Shown: positions 24,440-32,855 of the stretch, piece by piece | Position numbering within the stretch: position 1 is the stretch's first letter | How the letters are laid out: the number at the start of each line of letters is the position of its first letter | Assembly: GCA_023264145.1 (NCBI GenBank) | Contig: JALQTA010000002.1 | Coordinates: 1-38,024, forward strand | Direction: 5' to 3' | Source of the DNA: Minisyncoccota bacterium | GTDB taxonomy: Bacteria > Patescibacteriota > Minisyncoccia > SW-4-49-11 | Length of the DNA stretch: 38,024 bases | Translations under genes and position numbers: made by a program | The notes under the pieces: model-generated | What the model saw: only the letters and a program-made list of their open reading frames with translations | Told to the model about the DNA's origin: nothing | The model's database searches: none

Positions 24440-26860
24440 CTAATTCAACATACTATGCGTTCTTCTTTCAATATCTGCTCTGACTTCTGATACCGTATGA
24501 GCATACTGCTGGCGGGATTGTTCTATAACAACTTGTTGTAAAGCTGGATTTGACTTATCTGCAAAGATAACTTCCATATTAAAGGCTTTACTTGTCTTCC
24601 CATTAATCATAAGAGTAATAACTGATTTAAGATTATCTATTGATACTAAATCTTCAGCACTATAATATGGCTGCATACGCTGAGCAATAAGTTCAGCATC
24701 TTCTGATCCAATACGAAAGCTCACTACCGTACCAACATTGCCAAAAACTGCATTTTTAATTCCCTCAGATAATTGACCAATATATTGATGAGCTAATATT
24801 AAACATAATCGGTATTTTCGCGCTTCAGAAAGAATTGTTGAAATACTATCTGTGGTAAAGTTTTGAAACTCATCTAAGTATAAATAAAAATCTCGTCTCT
24901 GATCTTCAGGAATTTCATTTCTTTTAAAGGCCGCCATTTGTAATTTTGATACCAATAACATACCCAATAGATTACTATTTTGTTCTCCTAGTCCCCCTTT
25001 GGATAAATTCCCAATCAAAATCTTTCCTGAATTCATAATATCCTGAAAATCAAATGAAGAACGTGACTGTCCAATAATATTACGTACCATCTCATTTTCA
25101 ATAAATCGGCCTAATTTACTTAACAAATATCCCAAGGTATCCCCTGCCTGAGAACCTTTTTGTGTAGCAGGAAACTCTTTTTCCCAAAAATGCCGTATAA
25201 CCGGATCATCTACGGTGAGTAATACTTCTCTTCTAAAATTTTCATCTGTAAACATCAGAGGAATTTCAACTAATGTTTTTGGATTATTAATATCTGACAT
25301 CAGAGCTGACATAGCCATACGCATATTATGCTCAAAAATAGGTCCAATCATACTGGGATCTGAAACCAATTTATAAAAAATAGAAATCATTTCTTGAATA
25401 AGAAAATCTTTTTCTTCATGTGTGCGAGCTTCCAAAATATTAAGCCCCATAGGATAGGCTATATCTGCAGGATTAAAGTAAATCACATCCTTCATACGAT
25501 GTTCTGGAATCATTCCTAATACATCTACCGCAAAGTCACCATTTGGATCTAATAAGGCTAAACCATGCCCAGCCTGTAAATCTTCTTGTATCATCTTTTT
25601 CATCAAAGAACTTTTCCCTGTTCCTGTCTGTCCAATTAAATACATATGGCGACGACGATCTTCCGTTGCGATACGAATTGGGGAAACTTCTCCTCTATAG
25701 GTATTATTTCCTAATAATAGCCCTTCTTTTGGTAAGTCTACGGGAGGATGAGATGTTTTTGAGGTAATCCACGTAACCTTAGGCGTTTCCACCCCCACTG
25801 ATGGAATATGAAAAATACTCGTAAGTTCCTCACTATTTAAGATCATTGACTCCCTCCTTGAAAAAAGTCTAAATATAAAGGTATATACAAATTGTTTAAT
25901 AGTCTTAATGGGATATCGAATAACCTTAAATTCATTTAAATCCCCATTCGCAAATTGAGAAAAAGCCCCTTCTAATTGATCAAATAATGCATCGGCTCGT
26001 GATGATTCATGAGATATCGTTAATAAACGGATATTAGTACTATAGGCAATCTTAGAAGTTTTTTGACTAATTTTTTCCATCATTATTGACTCCTGAGGAG
26101 ACAGTGTTTTGATTTCCTTAGGTTGATTTGATTGAGACTGAGTGGTATCAGAAATAGTCTTCATAAACTTTTTATCTAATCCACCAAAAACCTCATGATA
26201 AGAATCTTTAAAGGATTCTCCTGATTGCATTTTTTTCACTACTTTTTGTCCATTTTTACTCCAGTCATCTGAGACTCTCTGAATTAAAATTTGCACGACA
26301 GCACTTTCATCTTCCTGAATTTTAGATAAAGCAGAAGTAATAACATTAAGAGGATTAGACTCTAGTTCTTTATAGGTTCTAATAGGTAGAATATAAGGTT
26401 TTTTGAGCTGCAAATATCCCGCTCGAATTTCACCACCAGGAACTAATACATTATAATCCGTAATATGTTTCAACTCAGCCTCAGGATATACCCCATGAAT
26501 TTGTTTCTCAAAAATGGACTCATACCCTTTGGGAACTCCTATATAAAAATTAATTTCATCTCTTTCCGTAGGACTCACAATTTCAAGAGAAATATACGGG
26601 TTTCCATATCGTATATTATCCCAAAAGTTTTCTAATTTTAGATAAGAAAATCCAGCATATACTTGTTCCATCACACTTATCAAATCTTTTACATTCCCCT
26701 CAGGATTAGAGTTATTCCGAGGGACAATAATCTGGTACTGAGACATGGCAAGCCCTCTATTAATTCTTCTTTTCTCCCAAAATGGATGAATAATTACCGT
26801 CGCAATAATAAAGATCATTGCGAGTATCCATATCATAAGAAGAACATAAAGAAATATCAT
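24440..26860 (-). CDS. membrane-anchored P-loop ATPase of the VirD4/TraG/TraD (type IV coupling protein, FtsK-HerA superfamily) type with a ~380-aa unknown N-terminal domain
   Basis: 806 aa. N-terminal TM IFLYVLLMIWILAMIFIIATVII. Walker A YLIGQTGTGKSSLM. Walker B FYLYLDEFQNF. ARKYRLCLILAHQYIGQL is typical of T4CP-like ATPases. Confidence 0.75.
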   Translation of the reverse strand: MIFLYVLLMIWILAMIFIIATVIIHPFWEKRRINRGLAMSQYQIIVPRNNSNPEGNVKDLISVMEQVYAGFSYLKLENFWDNIRYGNPYISLEIVSPTERDEINFYIGVPKGYESIFEKQIHGVYPEAELKHITDYNVLVPGGEIRAGYLQLKKPYILPIRTYKELESNPLNVITSALSKIQEDESAVVQILIQRVSDDWSKNGQKVVKKMQSGESFKDSYHEVFGGLDKKFMKTISDTTQSQSNQPKEIKTLSPQESIMMEKISQKTSKIAYSTNIRLLTISHESSRADALFDQLEGAFSQFANGDLNEFKVIRYPIKTIKQFVYTFIFRLFSRRESMILNSEELTSIFHIPSVGVETPKVTWITSKTSHPPVDLPKEGLLLGNNTYRGEVSPIRIATEDRRRHMYLIGQTGTGKSSLMKKMIQEDLQAGHGLALLDPNGDFAVDVLGMIPEHRMKDVIYFNPADIAYPMGLNILEARTHEEKDFLIQEMISIFYKLVSDPSMIGPIFEHNMRMAMSALMSDINNPKTLVEIPLMFTDENFRREVLLTVDDPVIRHFWEKEFPATQKGSQAGDTLGYLLSKLGRFIENEMVRNIIGQSRSSFDFQDIMNSGKILIGNLSKGGLGEQNSNLLGMLLVSKLQMAAFKRNEIPEDQRRDFYLYLDEFQNFTTDSISTILSEARKYRLCLILAHQYIGQLSEGIKNAVFGNVGTVVSFRIGSEDAELIAQRMQPYYSAEDLVSIDNLKSVITLMINGKTSKAFNMEVIFADKSNPALQQVVIEQSRQQYAHTVSEVRADIERRTHSMLN

Positions 26861-26865
26861 ATACC

Positions 26866-27327
26866 CTATTTATTATGAATATCGGTTAAAATACCTTCCT
26901 GTATTAATGTTGGATACGCCATATTTAAAGACTCTTCTAATCTATCAAGCCCCACATAATCATCAATTGCTAAAAAGGCTTGTATCACTTCTAAAATATC
27001 TTTCCCCTTTGTGGTAATAAGTTTTTGAGCAACTTCCACACGACTTTCTTCTGATATAGAAAGAAGCCATCCATATTTCTTAACCAATTTTGGTGATAAT
27101 GGTTTTGAAATAGGATTCTGATGATAGGTGGTTTTTTGTGTCTCGACAATATCTCTAATGTGTTGCTGTGATTGCTCATAACTTACAGAGCTTACCTCTT
27201 GTTCAGTTCTCCTTGAGGATACTTCCGCTTCAGATTGAACAGAATCCATAACTTCAACAGCTGTTTCCACATGCTCAGAGATGGGAGGTAATTCAGATTG
27301 ATTCTGTATGTCTTTATTATATTCCAT
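26866..27327 (-). CDS. hypothetical acidic protein (153 aa)
   Basis: The ORF sits 5 nt upstream of the VirD4-like gene and 9 nt downstream of the GT39 gene. The N-terminal half is Ser/Glu/Gln-rich and low complexity. The C-terminal ~70 aa are helical. Confidence 0.6.
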   Translation of the reverse strand: MEYNKDIQNQSELPPISEHVETAVEVMDSVQSEAEVSSRRTEQEVSSVSYEQSQQHIRDIVETQKTTYHQNPISKPLSPKLVKKYGWLLSISEESRVEVAQKLITTKGKDILEVIQAFLAIDDYVGLDRLEESLNMAYPTLIQEGILTDIHNK

Positions 27328-27336
27328 AGGTATGTA

Positions 27337-29130
27337 TTAATATTTCGTATTCTTATATATAAGGATAGATTCTCCTATTATATAATCTGGTTTTCTCCAT
27401 TTAAGCCACCAATACTCTTGATAATCTGGATTTTGTTGTTTTAAGTAAAAGGAATCTTGGAACATGGTAGCACTAATAGCCGTATAGCCAATTTTTGGCC
27501 CATCACTAGATTTTATAGGAATAACCGTAATATCTGGTAAATAATAGTTAATATCTCCTGTGCCAAAATAATCTACATATAGTGTATCAATATTTTGTTC
27601 TTTCGTCCATGTATGAAGTCTTTTCAAATCTTGCCCCCAATCGAGATTAGAATCAGTAAAAATCTGATACCCTTGATTTTGTCCCGCAAACATATTGAGA
27701 TATGAAATATAGAAAGGGTGAGCGTTGAAGGTCGTGATCCCATATAGTATGATCAATATTCCTAGAAGATATCGTGAAAACGCAAGAGGAATTAATATTC
27801 TAACAACTCCAATCGCGATAATAATATACGTTAAAGCAACAGCGGGAAGAATATGCCTAATACCAAGATTAAGATTTCCCGTAATACTAATAAACCAATA
27901 TAAAAGAATCATTGCAATCACCGTCCATTCATACCAGTACGTTAGTATCCAGTCTTTATTAAGAATAAATGACTTCGTATATACTAAACGAATAATTTTT
28001 ATTCCAGAAATAATAGTTAAGGACCCCAATAATACAATAGTTACCAATTGTTCCTTTAATATATACGTTAAGGGAAAATAACTAGTAAAACTTTGATTCG
28101 TAAATGATCCTAATAAAAATGTCGTGTTCCCTCCCCCAACTCTTTGTATAACCATTGCTTGCCCTAGGAGATAATGACCAAAATACTGCATACCAGGTAT
28201 ACTTACAATAGTAGATAATGTATTTTTTGTAGTATCAGATATGGTATTATTTTGAGGAAATGATTCCTCAATGAGTTGTAATTGAGTATCCGTAGACATA
28301 TTACGCATCGCAATAAAATAAACAAGACTAATACCAATAAAGACACCTAGCCCTACGATAATTCCATCTCGTATTAATCGAAGAATATGGGACCGTAATT
28401 GTTTTGAACCCCAATATTTAATACCCATATACCCAAACCCGCTTACCAAAAATAACGGTAATAAGAGAATCGTTGAGAATTTTGCTAAAAATGAAAACGA
28501 TATAACTCCAATTAAACACCCGATATATTTACTCCGTCCCGATGTTAAATATCGTATCCAAATATCAATACTCATAATAAAGCCTATTGTGGCGATAATA
28601 TCGGTAGTAACTAATCTCCCATGGGCAATAATATTAGGTGAAAAGGCATACAAAAACAATGCAAATATACTGATAAGCTTATTTTTTGTGTGATAATGTA
28701 CTGAGTAGGCAAGATATACTCCCCCCAATAACACTATCAAGATAGTTGGTAATCGAGCCCACCATATCAATGCATTTGCATCATTTCCTGAACGAAATAA
28801 AAATTCATACCCAATATCCCATTGCGCATTTACTTTATTCATCCAATTATCACTATTAGTAGGAAAATTAACCGACATCCCCGTAATAGATGAACCTATC
28901 CAAATTGAAGCCCCTGATAACAATTTCAATAAAGGAGGATGCTCTGGATTTAGACGATAATCACCTGTTACAATATACGAATACCCAGCACCAATATGAG
29001 GACTTTCATCTACCGTTAAAGAATCCCCAGCGCTCGAAGTAAACGCAAGTATTGCCAGACTTATGGTGATCACTAAAACATATCCCCATAATGGAACTTG
29101 TGTGTATATTCTGGTAATCCACTGTTTCAT
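27337..29130 (-). CDS. GT-C fold glycosyltransferase, family 39 / ArnT-PMT-like (polyprenyl-phosphate-sugar dependent)
   Basis: 597 aa and polytopic. LTVDESPHIGAGYSY in the first extracytoplasmic loop is the DE-x-x-H type motif. There is a C-terminal soluble domain. Confidence 0.8.
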   Translation of the reverse strand: MKQWITRIYTQVPLWGYVLVITISLAILAFTSSAGDSLTVDESPHIGAGYSYIVTGDYRLNPEHPPLLKLLSGASIWIGSSITGMSVNFPTNSDNWMNKVNAQWDIGYEFLFRSGNDANALIWWARLPTILIVLLGGVYLAYSVHYHTKNKLISIFALFLYAFSPNIIAHGRLVTTDIIATIGFIMSIDIWIRYLTSGRSKYIGCLIGVISFSFLAKFSTILLLPLFLVSGFGYMGIKYWGSKQLRSHILRLIRDGIIVGLGVFIGISLVYFIAMRNMSTDTQLQLIEESFPQNNTISDTTKNTLSTIVSIPGMQYFGHYLLGQAMVIQRVGGGNTTFLLGSFTNQSFTSYFPLTYILKEQLVTIVLLGSLTIISGIKIIRLVYTKSFILNKDWILTYWYEWTVIAMILLYWFISITGNLNLGIRHILPAVALTYIIIAIGVVRILIPLAFSRYLLGILIILYGITTFNAHPFYISYLNMFAGQNQGYQIFTDSNLDWGQDLKRLHTWTKEQNIDTLYVDYFGTGDINYYLPDITVIPIKSSDGPKIGYTAISATMFQDSFYLKQQNPDYQEYWWLKWRKPDYIIGESILIYKNTKY

Positions 29131-29139
29131 ATACTCTGT

Positions 29140-29967
29140 TTATTCCTTAAATTTATAATACACTCTATCTTTGATCCTTAAATCAATATATTCTAATCTA
29201 CTTCTTTGCTCCAAAGAAAGTTGGCTAATAAAAACCTTATTTAAAGCTCTTGCTTGATACATAATATCTGTATCTAAATCTAGCATAATATAATACCCTT
29301 GTTCTGTATAGACATGAACATCGATAATCCGATTCTCTGCCTTTTGTTGAACTTGTATTGAATTAACACGAACACCTTCAAGAGCATTATATTCTGCGAT
29401 AAGCGTTTTGAGCCAACGAACCTCTCTATCAGACACCACAGCTTCTCCGCGATTACCCAAGGATATCCCCCTTATTTCAGGTTGAATAGAAGCTAATAGT
29501 GTTACATCATTGCCCATATTAATTCCATCTTCACTCAAAATATTACATATTTCCCCTTCACATATTTTGGCTAATGGAGTTCGAAGTAAAATACCTATAT
29601 TCATCGTTCGATTTAAAGTTCTGGTAATAGTAACTGTTTTAACCTGAGGAAATTCTTTTAAAATATATTGTTCTAATAAATCAATCCTTGTTAAAAAAAT
29701 ATTATTATTGTTATATATAAATGAGTTTTGACTATTAATAAAATCTTCTGATCGTGAAACTATTTCTTTTTGTAATATCTCATCCTCAACCTCAACAGTA
29801 ATACTTGAAATATTTAATATAGGAGAATAGAGTGAATATCCAATTCCTATAATCACTACTATACTTATAAAAATACTTAGAAATGGAATTCCTGTTCTCT
29901 TCACCCGAGATTTTTTCACTCGCTCAGAAGGTTTTTTATATGATTTAGGAATATATACATTTTTCAT
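29140..29967 (-). CDS. ftsQ: cell division protein FtsQ/DivIB-like (single TM plus POTRA)
   Basis: 275 aa. Basic N-terminus, TM FLSIFISIVVIIGIGYSLY, then ISSITVEVEDEILQKEIV (POTRA-like). ATGA overlap with the upstream gene. Confidence 0.65.
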   Translation of the reverse strand: MKNVYIPKSYKKPSERVKKSRVKRTGIPFLSIFISIVVIIGIGYSLYSPILNISSITVEVEDEILQKEIVSRSEDFINSQNSFIYNNNNIFLTRIDLLEQYILKEFPQVKTVTITRTLNRTMNIGILLRTPLAKICEGEICNILSEDGINMGNDVTLLASIQPEIRGISLGNRGEAVVSDREVRWLKTLIAEYNALEGVRVNSIQVQQKAENRIIDVHVYTEQGYYIMLDLDTDIMYQARALNKVFISQLSLEQRSRLEYIDLRIKDRVYYKFKE

Positions 29968-30341
29968 AGCGGTTTACATGCTGAAGCTAAAGTTAATCCC
30001 CGTGCTTCAGCTTCTTCTTTTGATTGAAAATATACTTTATTCTCCTCCTTAATACGATTAATACCCGTACAATGGGAATAATAATATCGTGTCCCATTTT
30101 TACTTGCTACAATTTGACCAGTACTTATATTAGTTTGTTTACTCGAAACATTTTGGACAGACTCTCCCCCCTGAGTATCATCCATCTTCATTGCAATTTC
30201 TGCTGGATAAATAATCTGGATATCTCTACCTTGAGACTCATTAATCTTCATTGTTCCAATCATATATGAAGTACCTCCTATCAAAACACAGGATAGGATT
30301 ATCATTAATACCTCGAACTGCTTGACAAATTTCTGTTTCAT
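29964..30341 (-). CDS. small membrane-anchored protein with C-terminal Cys-containing sunset/Ada-like domain
   Basis: Preferred start is [23 protein letters not shown] at 30341. The C-terminus [42 protein letters not shown] fits the YH..C....I...N...F.s.eEA...G....C pattern. The longer track ORF (to 30434) would overlap rpmA. Confidence 0.6.
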   Translation of the reverse strand: MKQKFVKQFEVLMIILSCVLIGGTSYMIGTMKINESQGRDIQIIYPAEIAMKMDDTQGGESVQNVSSKQTNISTGQIVASKNGTRYYYSHCTGINRIKEENKVYFQSKEEAEARGLTLASACKPL

Positions 30342-30350
30342 CGGTATTAT
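30322..30350 (+). promoter_or_regulatory. sigma70 promoter TTGACA-17 nt-TATTAT for rpmA
   Basis: TTGACA at 30322-30327 and TATTAT at 30345-30350. The ATG is at 30379. Confidence 0.5.
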
Positions 30351-30357
30351 TATACCA
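30349..30357 (-). promoter_or_regulatory. extended -10 TGGTATAAT only 7 nt upstream of the ATG at 30341 (leaderless-transcript candidate)
   Basis: Plus-strand ATTATACCA. The minus-strand TATAAT hexamer ends at 30349 and the start codon begins at 30341. Confidence 0.45.
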
Positions 30358-30378
30358 TATATAGTAATATTATTTGAT

Positions 30379-30651
30379 ATGGCACATAGAAAAGCTGGTG
30401 GTTCTACCGCATTAGGAAGAGATTCAAATCCCAAATATCTTGGAGTTAAACTTTATGCTGGACAAAAGGTAGAAAAAGGAAATATCATTATTCGACAAAG
30501 AGGAACCAAATTTTATCCGGGAAAAAATGTATCTCGCGGTGCTGATGATACCTTATATGCTATTGCTAATGGGGTAATACAATTTGGAAAAAGTCGCAAG
30601 ACATCCTTCACAGGAAAGCCAAAAATAGTAAAAACGGTATCCGTCATCTAA
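30379..30651 (+). CDS. rpmA: 50S ribosomal protein L27
   Basis: [29 protein letters not shown]...[13 protein letters not shown] is the canonical L27 sequence. The track ORF starts earlier (30322); ATG 30379 matches the family N-terminus. Confidence 0.95.
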   Translation: MAHRKAGGSTALGRDSNPKYLGVKLYAGQKVEKGNIIIRQRGTKFYPGKNVSRGADDTLYAIANGVIQFGKSRKTSFTGKPKIVKTVSVI

Positions 30652-30676
30652 AAAATCCCCCATGTGGGGATTTTTT
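30651..30676 (+). terminator. rho-independent terminator after rpmA
   Basis: AAAAATCCCC-CATGT-GGGGATTTTT, followed by TATTT. Confidence 0.8.
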
Positions 30677-30692
30677 ATTTATGCCGATGATA

Positions 30693-30701
30693 TGCTATAC
30701 T
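30693..30701 (+). promoter_or_regulatory. extended -10 element TGCTATACT upstream of the alpha-glucan phosphorylase gene
   Basis: TGCTATACT lies 29 nt upstream of the ATG at 30731. Confidence 0.4.
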
Positions 30702-30730
30702 ATTGTCATACTACAATAAATTAAAATACA

Positions 30731-32347
30731 ATGAACTATTCTCCTGATACCGCTTATATTTGTATGGAATTTGGTTTGAATGATGATCTTAAAATATATA
30801 CCGGTGGATTAGGTATTTTAGCAGGAGATACCATCAAAAGTTTTGCAGATCTTGGAATGCCCGTAGTGGGAGTCGGTATTTTATATAAACATGGATATCT
30901 TGATCAATCACTCGATCAAGAACAAGGACAAATCGGGCAACCTCAAGTATGGGACCATACATCCATGCTGAATTTAATAGGAAAAACTACTATTCCTCTC
31001 CTCAATGAAACCGTAAAGGTAAATATTTGGGAATACACGTATACATCAGATATATCACATAAATCTGTATCCATTTTATTACTTGATACAGATTTACCAG
31101 AAAACTCAGATGAATTTAGACAAGTATCAGATAAAGTCTACTCACCTGACTCAGAAATCTTTCGACGACAATTACTCGTACTCGGACTAGGAAGTAAATA
31201 TGCTCTTAATAGTTTGGGTCTCTGTATTAACACCTTTCATCTTAATGAAAGTCATAGTGCCTTAATTGCTCTTGAAATTAATCACTCTGTTGCTCAAGTA
31301 GTATTCACTACCCATACCCCTTTATTAGGCGGACATACGAGACTTCCTATTGAATGGTTACAAGGGATATGTACTCAAGAACAGCTAAAAAGCCTTCCTC
31401 CTGAAGCTTTTGAAGACCTACAAACCATAAATCTCACCCGATTAGCTCTCTCACTTGCAGATTACTCTAATGCCGTATCTCAAAAACATCAAGAAGTATC
31501 TCAAGAAATGTTTCCTGAACATCCTATTGACTCCATTACTAATGGGATTCATAGTCCCACCTGGGTTTCATCATCTATAAATCAGGTTTTTCAGAAATAC
31601 TATCCTGGCTGGGAAACACATCCAGCTATCTTAAGATATATTGATGGAATCCCTACAGAGGATATTAAGCAAGCACATCAAACGAATAAAGATATTCTAA
31701 CCACCTATCTTGCAGCTCATCCTGAACATCAGTATTTACCAGGAGCATTTACGATTGGATTTGCACGAAGAGCCACTGAATACAAAAGAGCTCATCTTAT
31801 CTTTTCTGATATAGACCGCCTCCTTGCATTAGCAGAACAGTATAAAGGTCTTAATATTATTTTTGCAGGGAAAGCATATCATACCGATAATGTTGGATTC
31901 GATATTATTAAACGTATTCTTGATATTGCCAAAGCACATTCAAATGAATACCTCAAAATTAGCTATTTACCAAATTACAGTATTGAAATGTCAAAAATGC
32001 TCGTTAGTGGTGTAGATGTATGGCTTAATACTCCCCGAATATCCTATGAAGCTTCTGGGACAAGCGGAATGAAAGCATCTCTCAATGGAGTTCTCAATAT
32101 TTCTACCTATGATGGGTGGTGGCCAGAAAGTGGTATTCATACCGTCAATGGATGGACTATATCAGGACATGATGAATATCAAGAAATCAATAGTATGTAT
32201 GATAATATCGCATCTGCTCTTGATTTATTTTATAATAACCGAGAAAAATTCACCCGTATGCAACGCTCGGCTATTGCCTTAATTGGAAGTTATTATAATA
32301 CCCACCGTATGGTTCTTGAATATATTCGCAAAGGATATACTCATTAA
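30731..32347 (+). CDS. glgP: alpha-glucan phosphorylase (GT35, short archaeal/Thermotoga-like form)
   Basis: 538 aa. YICMEFGL..TGGLGILAGD. HLNESHSAL. PLP-Lys region EASGTSGMKASLNG. Confidence 0.88.
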   Translation: MNYSPDTAYICMEFGLNDDLKIYTGGLGILAGDTIKSFADLGMPVVGVGILYKHGYLDQSLDQEQGQIGQPQVWDHTSMLNLIGKTTIPLLNETVKVNIWEYTYTSDISHKSVSILLLDTDLPENSDEFRQVSDKVYSPDSEIFRRQLLVLGLGSKYALNSLGLCINTFHLNESHSALIALEINHSVAQVVFTTHTPLLGGHTRLPIEWLQGICTQEQLKSLPPEAFEDLQTINLTRLALSLADYSNAVSQKHQEVSQEMFPEHPIDSITNGIHSPTWVSSSINQVFQKYYPGWETHPAILRYIDGIPTEDIKQAHQTNKDILTTYLAAHPEHQYLPGAFTIGFARRATEYKRAHLIFSDIDRLLALAEQYKGLNIIFAGKAYHTDNVGFDIIKRILDIAKAHSNEYLKISYLPNYSIEMSKMLVSGVDVWLNTPRISYEASGTSGMKASLNGVLNISTYDGWWPESGIHTVNGWTISGHDEYQEINSMYDNIASALDLFYNNREKFTRMQRSAIALIGSYYNTHRMVLEYIRKGYTH

Positions 32348-32363
32348 AAAGTACTATTATATC

Positions 32364-32804
32364 TTATAAATTCCACCCTATTACACGTGTTTCAGCTAAA
32401 TTTGCTTGTATACTAATTTTATTATTATTAATCCTTACTCTGTATCCCGTTACTCCTCCACTTGCCAAAGGATCTTTAGGGATGGAGAATAAATAATTAG
32501 GAACTAAAGGTCTCAAGTCAACACATCCACCAATAACTGACCCTTGTCCTACTGTATTGCTTCCTGTATCACATATATCCGTTAATGTGGCTGTTACTCC
32601 TGCAGGATAATCATTACCGTTTTTCAGTGCATATTCTTCCAAGGCTTTTTGCATTTTACTTACCTCACCTTCTCTTACTGAATCCCTTGCTTGAGCCAAT
32701 TGTCTTGTTGGATTAACAGCTACTAATACTATTCCTGCTAATATACCTATTAATACAATAACTACTAAAATTTCTAATAAAGTGAATCCTTTTTTTATTT
32801 TCAT
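32364..32804 (-). CDS. type IV pilin / GspG-like pseudopilin (146 aa)
   Basis: KKG|FTLLEILVVIVLIGILAGIVLVAVNP. ARDSVREGEVSKMQKALEEY..YP. Cys pair DICDTGSNTVGQGSVIGGC then VDLRPLVPNYLFSIPKDP. Confidence 0.9.
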   Translation of the reverse strand: MKIKKGFTLLEILVVIVLIGILAGIVLVAVNPTRQLAQARDSVREGEVSKMQKALEEYALKNGNDYPAGVTATLTDICDTGSNTVGQGSVIGGCVDLRPLVPNYLFSIPKDPLASGGVTGYRVRINNNKISIQANLAETRVIGWNL

Positions 32805-32855
32805 ATATATCCTATATAATCATTATACTACTCTATTTTTCTCTCCTTATCAAAT

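Noticed and set aside
29680-29720. Very AT-rich run (aaaaaaatattattattgttatatataaa) that looked like a possible intergenic regulatory region or replication-origin-like tract.
   Set aside because: It lies in frame within ftsQ, encoding the ...IYNNNNIFLTR... segment. There are no DnaA-box-like repeats around it.
30342-30434. Longer version of the minus-strand ORF 29964-30434 ([10 protein letters not shown]...).
   Set aside because: It would overlap the rpmA start and its promoter on the opposite strand. The internal Met at 30341 is followed directly by a basic-hydrophobic membrane anchor and preceded by an extended -10.
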